A stretch of DNA of 64,000 nt from Candidatus Eiseniibacteriota bacterium. Lineage in GTDB: Bacteria; Eisenbacteria; RBG-16-71-46; CAIMUX01; VGJL01. The notes under the pieces were generated by a model. That model had not been told where the DNA came from. It was given only the letters and a program-made list of their open reading frames with translations, and searched no databases. Below are positions 9,637 through 18,809 of this stretch, piece after piece. Numbering within the stretch: the stretch's first letter is position 1; each line of letters starts with the position of its first letter. A program made the translations under genes and the position numbers. The stretch spans positions 1,568,001 through 1,632,000 of the forward strand of contig CAWBWI010000001.1 of NCBI GenBank assembly GCA_963792585.1, given 5' to 3'.

Positions 9637-10710
9637 CAAGGATGGGCCTCGATCCAGGCTTGCCGGCCGAGCTTCGGTGAGCCATCGAGCCGCCGCATGG
9701 CGATCGACGAGAGACGGGCGGCGTATGCCTCCTGCCCCGCCGGATCATTGGGGAACCTGCGAAGCGCGAGCGCGGCCGCGATGTGCGCGGCGGGATCATG
9801 GATCCCAGCCCAGCAAAACAGTTCCAGATTCGAAGAGCGATCGAACAGCCAGGCACCCGTCCGCTCGAGGAAGTCCGCCTGAGCGGCTTCCGAGGAACCG
9901 AGTGAGGAGTCCGATGGGTACCCGGCCTCCAGGATCGCGAACCGGCCCCCCAGCCAGGGGCTGATGGCGGTCTCCATCGCACGGAGGGCCGCCTCCGGCG
10001 TCGGGGTCGCGGCGCCGGCCCCCTCCGTCGCGAGAGAGAGGCCAATTCGATTCCAGCGATCCGAGGACCTCTCGGATGAGCGACTCCTTGCCGTCCTCGC
10101 CGAGGAGCCGGGGGGAGATCATCGTCCCGATCGCCGCGTTCGGGAACGCCGCGCGTGCCGAGTCGGCGATCGCCGCATAGAAGGCCGCGATCTGCGCGTC
10201 GTTGCCCGCATAGAGCGCTGCGTGCCGGTCGAGCCCCTCGCCCAGCCAGAGGTAGGCGATCATCCCATCCGCCCGGAACGCGAGTTCCCGCAGGAACGCG
10301 GCGAGGCCCGATCGCAAGGTCGGGTCGTCCCAATCCGGGAAAACGGGCCAGCGCCACGCGGGCGCCTCCCCCTCCTCGCCGTGGACGAACTCGAGGACGA
10401 TCGACAGCTTCATGCCGTGGCGGCGGGCTTGTTCCACGTGGGGATCGAACATCGACCAGTTCCGCGTGATCAGGCCTTGCTCGACCTCCGCCCAGGATAG
10501 GGCGAAGTGGCCGATCTGATTCCCGTCTACGTCCAGCGCCTGATAGGCGTCCACCAGAAGGGGATCCACCTGTTCGGAGACGCGTGGTACGACCTGGGCG
10601 CCGTAGAGAGGGGGGTCCGTCGGCTTCGGCTTGGTCGGGCCCGACTTCTGGGTACACCCGATCGCCAGGAGTGCGATTCCGATCCCGCAGATCGTTCGAA
10701 TCCGTGACAT
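9636..10710 (-). CDS. Lipoprotein, putative clan GH-A-like glycoside hydrolase fold; one apparent frameshift near 10051
   Basis: Lipobox LAIGC. Removing one base near 10051 joins ORF 9796..10752 to ORF 9636..9977 (…GSLDRIGLSLATEG…). Motifs 'LSWAEVE' and 'ILEAGYPS'. Confidence 0.55.
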
Positions 10711-10777
10711 GAAGCGCTCCATCCCCCGGGCAGGCATCGTTTGCAATTTCATGGCCTGATCCGGAGAATGTCAAGGA

Positions 10778-12709
10778 ATGTCCAAGCGCTTCGCGGTCAT
10801 GGCCATCTGCGGAGTCTGCCTGTTGACGCGGGCGGCGGCGGCCCAGATCCCTGCGCCGCTCGGTCCACCTTCGGCGCCGATGACGATTCCTCTCCCGGAG
10901 CCGCTCTTTTGGGATCCGATCAACTCCACAGGCGACTACGCCGTCGTCGAGCAGAAGGCGGGGCTCTATCTGCTCCGGCCGGGCACGGGGCGCGTCATCG
11001 CGAAGCTGGTGGCCCGCAGCCTGGAAGCATCCCAACCGCTCGGGGCAAACCGCTCGGAGCACAGACCGCCGGGACCCGAAGTCCTTCCAGCTCCCCCCGG
11101 CTGGCCGTTCCAGACGAGCGACGCGATTCCGGCGACCCCGCTCGTCGACGATGTCGATCGGGATGGTTCACCGGATCTCGTCTGCGTCACGCGGGAGGGG
11201 TGGGTGTGGGTTGTGGGCGCCGATGCGCTTCCGCCGGCGGGATGGCCTGTCCGCCTCGGTGTCGGCTGCCAGGCGGCTCCCGGGCTGGCCGATCTGGATG
11301 GCGATGGCCTGCCCGAGATCCTCGTCGGGGACCTCCAGGGAAGCGTGCATGCGCTTCGCCGCGACGGGACCTATGTGCGCGGATGGCCGGCCAGAATTCC
11401 AGGGCGGGCGGGAATGCCCGCGATATTCGGGGCCGTGGTCGCGGCCGATCTCGATCGGGACGGGACGATCGAGGTGATCGTGACCCAAGCGTCAGGACGC
11501 GTGTGCGTCTTTAGGGCGGACGGCCGCGTCGTGCCCGGATGGCCGGTCGCCACGACGCCCGCGGTGGATCCGCCGAACGCAGGGGCGATCTTCGGCCGCC
11601 CAGCGGTTGGGGATATCGACGGCGATGGCCGGCTGGAGGTGATCGCCGCGGCGAACAACTATGGTGTCTACGCGTGGAAGGCAAATGGGGGGATCGCGCG
11701 GGGCTGGCCCCGCCTGCTCGACAATCGGGGCCGCGCCGGCTACGGCGATCCGGTCCTCGTCGATATCGCCGGCGACGGGAAGCCGGAGATCCTCGTCACC
11801 ACCGATCAAGGATTCAGCGGTCCCCCGCGCGTCTACGCATTCGACGGGGCCGGCCGGCCGGTCAAGGGATGGCCCGCCATACTTCCGGAGCGGTGCAACG
11901 CGGGCGTGGCCGCCGGGGATCTCGACGGCGATGGATCCACGGAGATCGTCGCCGCGACGGTCGGCGCCGACGCTTGGATTTGCGTCTGGGGCGCCGACGG
12001 GCGGCCGCGGAGGGGATTCCCCGTCGGGCTGGCCGGGATGTCCGCCAACTCGGCACCGATTCTCGCCGACGTGAGCGGAGACGAGCTGCCGGACATCATC
12101 GTGGCGGCGACCCGAGCCCACTTCGATCCGGCGGCGGCCCTGATCGCTTTCGATCGCCATGGGAATCTGATCGAACCATTCCCCGTCCGCATCGAGGGGG
12201 CCGAAATCGTCTGCGGTGGCCCGTGCGCCCATGATCTGAACGGCGACGGACGTCTCGAACTCGTGCTCGGCACCGAGGTGCAGGGAAAGCTCTACGCGTG
12301 GGAGACCATGGGAAGCTCTGTCGCGACGGCCTCTCCGTGGCCCCGCGCCGGCTTCGACGCGGCGAACACCGGCCATTACGTCTCTCCGAACTCCCGGCCC
12401 GCCCCTGCACCACCCCACATCGCGGGATCGCCGGCGCAACCCGCGATCGAGCCGCCCCCGGCAGCCTTCTCCCCACTCCAGTCGGTCTCCTTCATCCTAG
12501 GCCGCGAGGGTCACGTCCGGCTGTGCGTGTCCAACGTCCAGGGGGTCGCCGTGCGCACCCTGCTCGATTCATCCCTCCCGACGGGAGCCTATGCCATCGC
12601 ATGGAACGGGCTGGATGATTACGGCCACGCCGCGCCTCCAGGGGTGTACTTCTACGATCTCTCCACGCCGGAGCGGCAGGCACACGGGCAGCTACTGCTG
12701 CTTCGCTGA
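10778..12709 (+). CDS. Secreted FG-GAP/VCBS repeat protein with C-terminal FlgD-Ig-like domain
   Basis: Signal peptide. Repeated DxDxDGxxE/D-I loops each followed by G..GWP. C-terminus 'VRTLLD...WNGLDDYGHAAPPGVYFY'. Confidence 0.88.
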   Translation: MSKRFAVMAICGVCLLTRAAAAQIPAPLGPPSAPMTIPLPEPLFWDPINSTGDYAVVEQKAGLYLLRPGTGRVIAKLVARSLEASQPLGANRSEHRPPGPEVLPAPPGWPFQTSDAIPATPLVDDVDRDGSPDLVCVTREGWVWVVGADALPPAGWPVRLGVGCQAAPGLADLDGDGLPEILVGDLQGSVHALRRDGTYVRGWPARIPGRAGMPAIFGAVVAADLDRDGTIEVIVTQASGRVCVFRADGRVVPGWPVATTPAVDPPNAGAIFGRPAVGDIDGDGRLEVIAAANNYGVYAWKANGGIARGWPRLLDNRGRAGYGDPVLVDIAGDGKPEILVTTDQGFSGPPRVYAFDGAGRPVKGWPAILPERCNAGVAAGDLDGDGSTEIVAATVGADAWICVWGADGRPRRGFPVGLAGMSANSAPILADVSGDELPDIIVAATRAHFDPAAALIAFDRHGNLIEPFPVRIEGAEIVCGGPCAHDLNGDGRLELVLGTEVQGKLYAWETMGSSVATASPWPRAGFDAANTGHYVSPNSRPAPAPPHIAGSPAQPAIEPPPAAFSPLQSVSFILGREGHVRLCVSNVQGVAVRTLLDSSLPTGAYAIAWNGLDDYGHAAPPGVYFYDLSTPERQAHGQLLLLR

Positions 12710-12872
12710 CTCTTTCCCGAACAGCCCCGAATTCGATGGCGTCGCCGCGCGGGCGCGGCGATTTCGCGGCCGGCGTCTCGGGGTGTAAGATCCATCCGGC
12801 ATCGTGAATCTGGACCGCAGGGGAGAGGCCCGGCGGCGGCCGGGTTCGGAGTGGGTGGAAGGGAGGAGAATC

Positions 12873-14321
12873 ATGGTGGATCCGGCCGGTGCGCGACCCC
12901 AGAGTGACCCTGTGGAGAAGCTGCTCGCCCTCGCGCGCGAGAAGCACATTGAAACGATCGACCTGAAGTTCGTCAGCCTTCTCGGCCGCTGGCACCACCT
13001 GAGCATCCCCGCGGAACGGCTGGACACGGAGCTCATCCGATACGGCGTCGGCTTCGACGGCTCGAGTGTCCCGGGCTACAGCCGGATCGCGTCGAGCGAC
13101 ATGACGCTGATCCCCGATCCCGAAACGGCGATTCTCGATCCATTCTGGGATCGACCGACGCTGAGCCTGGTCTGCGACATCTATCGGGGCGATGGGAAAC
13201 CCTATCGCAGGGATCCCCGGGGCGTGGCGCGAAGGGCCGAGGCGTTCATGCTCTCGACCGGGATCGCGGACGCGGCGATGATGAGCCCCGAGTTCGAGTT
13301 CTACATCTTCGATTCCGTGCGCCACCGTTGTGACGTACAGACGACCTTCTACTCGATCGACTCGGTCGAGGCCGAGTGGAATTCCGACAGCACCGAGGGA
13401 GGCGGCTCCCGAATCCCCCCCGGCGGCGGCTACCATGCGCTTCCGCCGCAGGACCGCCTCTACCGGCTCCGCGAGCAGATGTCGCGACTCGTGAACGACG
13501 CGGGGATCCCGGTCAAGTACCACCACCACGAGGGAGGCGGCCCCGGCCAGTCGGAGATCGAGATTCTCTTCCATCCCCTCCTGCACGCCGGGGATGTGAC
13601 GATGACCGTCAAGTATCTCGTGCGGATGGCCGCCGATCGCGACGGACGCGTCGCGACCTTCATGCCAAAGCCGCTCTGGGACGTCGCGGGGAGCGGGATG
13701 CACATCCACCAGCACCTGTTCAAGGAGGGTCGACCCCTCTTCTGGCAGGACGGCGCCTGGGCCGATCTGAGTGAGCTGGCCCACTACTATATCGGCGGTC
13801 TCCTCCACCACGGGCGCGCCCTGCTCGCGCTCACGAACCCGAGCACGAACTCCTACAAGCGGCTCGTTCCCGGATTCGAGGCGCCCGTCAACCTGATCTA
13901 CGGACTCGCCAACCGCAGCGCGGCCGTGCGGATCCCGGAAGCGGGGCGCACGCCCGAGACGAAGCGAATCGAGTTCCGTCCGCCCGATGCGACCTGCAAC
14001 ATCTATCTTGCGATGTCCGGCATGCTGCTCGCCGGGCTCGACGGCATCCGAAAGAAAATCGATCCGCGGGCGCTGGGGTACGGTCCGTTCGACCAGAACA
14101 TCATGAAGCTCTCCGAGGAGCAACGGCGGATGCTCGGGACGCTCCCGCTCTCGCTCGATGAAGCGTTGCGCGCGCTGGACGAGGATCACGAGTTCCTGAT
14201 GGAAGGGGATGTATTCGACGAGGACATCCTCCAGGCATGGACGGAGCTCAAGCGCAGAGATGCCCTCGACGTGCGTAACCGCCCGCACCCGAGAGAAATC
14301 GCGCTCTACTTCGACGTCTAG
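12873..14321 (+). CDS. glnA: Glutamine synthetase type I
   Basis: GFDGSS, PEFEFYIF, TFMPKP, GSGMHIHQ, NSYKRLVPGFEAP, NRSAAVRIP, IEFRPPD, C-terminal LYFDV; GGAGG RBS. Confidence 0.97.
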   Translation: MVDPAGARPQSDPVEKLLALAREKHIETIDLKFVSLLGRWHHLSIPAERLDTELIRYGVGFDGSSVPGYSRIASSDMTLIPDPETAILDPFWDRPTLSLVCDIYRGDGKPYRRDPRGVARRAEAFMLSTGIADAAMMSPEFEFYIFDSVRHRCDVQTTFYSIDSVEAEWNSDSTEGGGSRIPPGGGYHALPPQDRLYRLREQMSRLVNDAGIPVKYHHHEGGGPGQSEIEILFHPLLHAGDVTMTVKYLVRMAADRDGRVATFMPKPLWDVAGSGMHIHQHLFKEGRPLFWQDGAWADLSELAHYYIGGLLHHGRALLALTNPSTNSYKRLVPGFEAPVNLIYGLANRSAAVRIPEAGRTPETKRIEFRPPDATCNIYLAMSGMLLAGLDGIRKKIDPRALGYGPFDQNIMKLSEEQRRMLGTLPLSLDEALRALDEDHEFLMEGDVFDEDILQAWTELKRRDALDVRNRPHPREIALYFDV

Positions 14322-14427
14322 TGCCGCCGGCGACTTCGCCCCGACCCGCCCCCCGGTTGTTCCGACGGGCGGGTCGGTCTATACTCGGCAGGCGTCCGCC
14401 GACTCGCGTCTGCAACAGGAGGGACCC

Positions 14428-16098
14428 ATGCGCCATCCCGGTATCGATCGCCACCGGAGGATCCGGCCGTTGCTGCCGGCTGTTCTCCTACTGCTTCCCC
14501 TCAGCGCCCACGCACAGATGCAGATCAATGTCACTCCAGACGGGCATGAGACCGCGATCGCGGTCTGCAGGCCCGCCGCGCCCGAGGAGGCTCGAGATCC
14601 GCGGGTGAACCCCGATGGGTGGGTCCAGGATGGACCCCGCGAATCGTTCACCCGGGGGACGGTTCCTCTTCCCCTCGTCCCGAACTGGGTCGGCACGCGC
14701 ATCCGGGCGACCGGGGTTCTGCTCTGGGGAGACGCGGATGGCGACAGCGATCCGGACCTCTTCGTCGGAACCTACTGGGCGAGTCAGTGGCCGCCGCTGG
14801 TGGACTACTACAACTTCCTCTACCTGAACAACGGCGGGATGCTCGAGGCCAATCCGAGCTGGATCTCGTCGGACGAGAAGCACACATCCGACGCGGGCTG
14901 GGCGCGCATTAACAGCGATGCCTACCCGGACCTCTTCTGCGCGAACGGGGGCTCCTCCCTCCAGCCGAGCCAGATCTTCTACGGACGCGACGGTCTCCTA
15001 CCGATCACGGCGGGATGGCAGAATGCCGGCGGCACCTGGACGACCGGCTCTTCGCTGGCCGACTTCGATCTGGACGGCGACGTAGATGTCGCGACCTCGA
15101 ATCAGGGCATCTCCCCCAATCCCTACCGGCCGACCTATGTCTACAGGAACACGGGCGCCGGGCTCGAGACGAGTCCATGGTGGCAGTCCAGCCAGGTCGG
15201 AATCACCAGCGACTGCGATTGGGGCGACATGAATGGCGACGGCCGGCCCGACCTTGCCGTCTCCGGATGGGTCGGATGGGAGACGGGCGTCTTCCGGAAT
15301 CTCGGGACCACGCTCGATCCCAGCTTCGTCTGGACCACGGGCCACCCCGAGCGGACGGACAAAGGGGTGGGATGGGCGCGCGCGGACCAAGACACCATGC
15401 CCGACCTCGCGGTCGGCGGCAACGGGGGCCCTGACTGGCTGTTCCACAACGAGGGAACAGTGCTCGGCGCGAACCCCGTTTGGGCATCCAGCGAAGCCTA
15501 CACGGGCTGCCAGGACCTGACCTGGGTCGACATCGACCGTGACGGCGATCAGGATCTCGCCATGATTCACTTCTCGACCGGCCATGCCCGGATCTACCTG
15601 AACAACGATGGGGCCCTCTCGACGACAGCCGACTGGCAATACGATGCGGCATCGAGCGGGACCGCCATCGCGTTCGGTGACGTCAACGGCGACGGCTGGC
15701 CGGACCTCGCGATCGGCATGGCCAACGGGCCGATCGAGTTGTTTCTGAACCAGCAGTTGCCGGCGGGCGTCGAGCAGTCCGCCGCGGATCTGCCCTCCGG
15801 GGGTGCGGTCTCGATTCTGACGGGCCCGAATCCCTTCTCGGACCGACTCACCGTCACGTTGGAATCGGGTTCCCCGATCGGGGTGAGGTCGGTTGCGCTC
15901 TATGATGTCTCCGGCCGATGGGTGGCGGATCTGAAGGCTCCATCCTCCTTGCCTACCTACGCCAGGATGACCACGTGGAGCGTGACGGACCTCGCTAAGA
16001 GCATGCGCCCGGGCGTCTACGTGGTCCGCACCTCGCTCGTCGACCCCGACGGCGTGACGAAAAGCGTCAGCGCGAAGGTCGTGCACTTCGGACGTTGA
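14428..16098 (+). CDS. Secreted FG-GAP/VCBS beta-propeller protein with T9SS-like C-terminal domain
   Basis: Signal peptide. About 7 WGDxxGDGxPDL-type repeats. Tail 'PNPFS...LYDVSGRWV...PGVYVVR'. Confidence 0.88.
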   Translation: MRHPGIDRHRRIRPLLPAVLLLLPLSAHAQMQINVTPDGHETAIAVCRPAAPEEARDPRVNPDGWVQDGPRESFTRGTVPLPLVPNWVGTRIRATGVLLWGDADGDSDPDLFVGTYWASQWPPLVDYYNFLYLNNGGMLEANPSWISSDEKHTSDAGWARINSDAYPDLFCANGGSSLQPSQIFYGRDGLLPITAGWQNAGGTWTTGSSLADFDLDGDVDVATSNQGISPNPYRPTYVYRNTGAGLETSPWWQSSQVGITSDCDWGDMNGDGRPDLAVSGWVGWETGVFRNLGTTLDPSFVWTTGHPERTDKGVGWARADQDTMPDLAVGGNGGPDWLFHNEGTVLGANPVWASSEAYTGCQDLTWVDIDRDGDQDLAMIHFSTGHARIYLNNDGALSTTADWQYDAASSGTAIAFGDVNGDGWPDLAIGMANGPIELFLNQQLPAGVEQSAADLPSGGAVSILTGPNPFSDRLTVTLESGSPIGVRSVALYDVSGRWVADLKAPSSLPTYARMTTWSVTDLAKSMRPGVYVVRTSLVDPDGVTKSVSAKVVHFGR

Positions 16099-16299
16099 TG
16101 CGTTGCTGGGGTGGGCCCGCGTCCTATCGGCCGGCGTCGCGCGGTTTGTCCCCGACCGGACCGGCGCGACGCCGCTACCGCGGTCCGTGGAGATGGTGTA
16201 TCCTCCTCGCGATTGCCGAGCGGGAAGCGTCCGTCGACCGCGCCCGCTTCCAGGTCCTCCGCCGGACGCGGGGGTTGGGATGTGAGGAGGGGCTAACGC

Positions 16300-17208
16300 A
16301 TGCCGGTCGGGGAATCCATGAATGATCCGAGGTCCGATCTCTCCGATTGCCGCATCCGGTCCGTCGCGATCGCGGTGACGTTTTCGGTTGCTCTCGGGGC
16401 GCTCGTCTGTGGTGCAGGCTGCATGACCCGCTCGGGCACTCCCGTCTGGGGAGCCGACTCCACCCTCGTCTATCCGTCGAAAATGGCAACTGACGTCAAC
16501 GCGACGATCCGCTTCCAATTGAAGGAAAGCGCCGCCCGCGACGCCGTCAGGAAGGCGGACAAGGACCGTCGGCGGGAGATCTCGAAGCTCCGCCGTCAGC
16601 GCGACAACATCCTGGCCCTCGAGGAGGAACGCGAGCGAAAGGCCAAGGCGGACGCCAAGCGCAAGGCCAGCGCGGAGAAGAAGGCGAAGGGAAAGAAAAA
16701 GAAGAAGAACGCCGTGGATCCGGTCCCCAATGCGGTCGAATCGATGGCCCTGCGCCCCAACCCCGCCATCCGCGACAGTCTCGCCTCGATCGAGTCCAGA
16801 CTCGTCGTTCTCGCGGCCGAGGATTCCGTCTCCGCGCTGATCCCGTGGAAGCTCAAACGTGAGGACGGTTCGGCCGGCGAGGAGCATTCGTTCGAGATCG
16901 AAGAGGGAGCCCGCGTCCAGGCCACGGTTCGATTCGAGAACGTGTATGCGCGCGGCAAGCGCCCCCTGATGATTCACTTCGTCTGGACCAACCCGGCGCA
17001 GAAACGCGTATTCAAGCGCATGGTCGAGTACACGCCGAACGACTCGACCCAGTCCCTGACGAGCGGCCTTTCGATCACCCCGACCAAGAGGTCCGCGGGA
17101 CACTATTCCCTCCAGGTATTCCTCTTCCGCGAGCAAATCGCCGAGAAGTCATTCGAGCTGACCGGCAAGGGAATGGAGGAGAACGAGAAGGGCGACGACG
17201 CGATGTAG
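16300..17208 (+). CDS. Hypothetical exported protein with a Lys-rich insertion and a beta-rich C-terminal domain
   Basis: GAGGAGG RBS; hydrophobic N-terminal segment ending GAGC; KKAKGKKKKK tract; coding-like codon bias. Confidence 0.7.
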   Translation: MPVGESMNDPRSDLSDCRIRSVAIAVTFSVALGALVCGAGCMTRSGTPVWGADSTLVYPSKMATDVNATIRFQLKESAARDAVRKADKDRRREISKLRRQRDNILALEEERERKAKADAKRKASAEKKAKGKKKKKNAVDPVPNAVESMALRPNPAIRDSLASIESRLVVLAAEDSVSALIPWKLKREDGSAGEEHSFEIEEGARVQATVRFENVYARGKRPLMIHFVWTNPAQKRVFKRMVEYTPNDSTQSLTSGLSITPTKRSAGHYSLQVFLFREQIAEKSFELTGKGMEENEKGDDAM

Positions 17209-17270
17209 GGACGCGGCGTGAATGCGCACGGCGTCGGCCCGACAGGGGGCCATGCGCGACCCCGATACAA

Positions 17271-17307
17271 ACCCCGCCCGAGCTGACCGACGGCTCTCGG
17301 GCGGGGT
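17271..17307. terminator. Hairpin between convergent genes (probable bidirectional terminator)
   Basis: Perfect 12-bp inverted repeat ACCCCGCCCGAG / CTCGGGCGGGGT with short A/T flanks. Confidence 0.65.
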
Positions 17308-17340
17308 CTTCAATTCGCGGGACCGTGCCCGGGCGGGCGA

Positions 17341-18516
17341 TCAGATCATCTGGAGAATCTTGTTCTTGTGCTTCAGCTTGAGATTCCAGAACCAGAGGCT
17401 GAGCGGGTACATGACCAGGAGTAGAGCGACCCAGCCGACGAAGGACGCTGTCACCGCCCCCTGGCGATAGTAGACCCCGAATCGGTTCGCCACGATTCCG
17501 AGCAATGTGAGGTGCATGCAGTAGAAGAAGAACGGCACGCGTCCGACCCCTCCCAACCAGCGGACGCCGGGCATCGCGAACTGGCCGATGAAGTGCATCG
17601 TCCCCACCATGAAGCTCACTGCGCCGAAGAACCAGAGGTTGTGGAATAGGTTCGGCGGGTACTTCGAATCGAGGAAGAACGAAATCTGCGGGAAGGCATA
17701 CCAATCCGTCGAGTTGCCCCACCCGCGACCGAAGCGAACGATCATCGCGACGGCGATCGCGGCGAGGCCGATCCCCCAGCTCATCAGGACGCGTCGCTTC
17801 ACGGTCTTCCAGCCGCCGAACCAACCAACCGCCATCACCGAACCCAAGGTTCCCAACCCGAACCACGGAAGGACCGGGTACTTGTTCCAATCCCCCGCGT
17901 CCACGAAGGTCTGCATGAGAATCCGCTGCCAGAGGACGCCCTCGCTGTAGGGAATCCTGATGAGGAACGTGTGGGCTACGAAGGCGGCGAGGCCGACGGC
18001 AAGGCGAGTCTGCCAGCGCGTGTGAAGGATCAGAGCCAGCATGCACATCGAAATCCCGATGGTGGAAATGATTCCGATGTGGTCGATCCTGTATTTGTCG
18101 AGGCGGAAGGCGACCCAGGCCAGGTTGACCCATGTGATCTGCATCAGGATCAGGAAGAGGCCGCGCTGGATCAGGTGCCATTTCGCCTGCCAGTCGGTGG
18201 CCCCCGACGCGCGACGGCGCGAATAGGAGAACCAGCTCACCGCGCCGTTCATCATGAGGAAGCCCGGAGCGCAAAGATACCCCATGTAGCGCAGTCCAAA
18301 TTGTCCGGCACTGTTGAAGAGCGGGTCGAACATGTCGAGGGTCTTCCAGGCGCCGTTGAAATACCCCGAGCTGTGACCCAAGGCCATCATGACCCCGATG
18401 AGCCCTCGAAACTGATCGATGAAGGGAAAGCGATCCCTGCCGGTCGACTTCTTCTTCGGTGGGGCGCTCTCGACCGCCGGAATGGTGGCGATCTTCTCCG
18501 TCGGACCCCCGCCCAT
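17341..18516 (-). CDS. DUF1624 / HGSNAT-like membrane acyltransferase family protein
   Basis: RFPFIDQFRGL..MALGH, LCAPGF, LIQRGLFL, YPVLPWFG, KYPPN, GRVPFFFYCMHL. Confidence 0.82.
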   Translation of the reverse strand: MGGGPTEKIATIPAVESAPPKKKSTGRDRFPFIDQFRGLIGVMMALGHSSGYFNGAWKTLDMFDPLFNSAGQFGLRYMGYLCAPGFLMMNGAVSWFSYSRRRASGATDWQAKWHLIQRGLFLILMQITWVNLAWVAFRLDKYRIDHIGIISTIGISMCMLALILHTRWQTRLAVGLAAFVAHTFLIRIPYSEGVLWQRILMQTFVDAGDWNKYPVLPWFGLGTLGSVMAVGWFGGWKTVKRRVLMSWGIGLAAIAVAMIVRFGRGWGNSTDWYAFPQISFFLDSKYPPNLFHNLWFFGAVSFMVGTMHFIGQFAMPGVRWLGGVGRVPFFFYCMHLTLLGIVANRFGVYYRQGAVTASFVGWVALLLVMYPLSLWFWNLKLKHKNKILQMI

Positions 18517-18809
18517 GCCTCATCCTCCCCGCTACTCGGTCCGTTCTGGCTCGCGGAAGGCGGCTCTCGAGCGTCTGCCTCCCCCGCTTGGATGCAACCG
18601 CGCCTGATTCTGACACGCCGCGCGGCGGGGAAACAAGGCCGGATTGGCGCCGTCCCCGGCTTCCGCTCCGTGCGAAGATACCGCGCCGGCGTCGAGCTCC
18701 GCGGCTCACGGGCGAGCGGGAGGTGGGTGCCGGAAGGAGCTGCGCTATGCGCCGACTGGAGGCACCCGCCGAACGCGAGCCTGCACCCCGGCGTTTCCCA
18801 ACCTTCCGG

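Noticed and set aside
12492..14288. 598-aa minus-strand ORF
   Set aside because: Antisense shadow of glnA, expected in high-GC DNA; no motifs.
14998..17136. 712-aa minus-strand ORF
   Set aside because: Antisense to two well-supported plus-strand genes; no recognisable domain.
18700..18790. GGTGCCGGAAGGAGC with a GGGTGCC/GGCACCC stem, resembling a glycine riboswitch fragment
   Set aside because: The GGAGA and CTCAGG core elements are missing, and no gene lies downstream on that strand.
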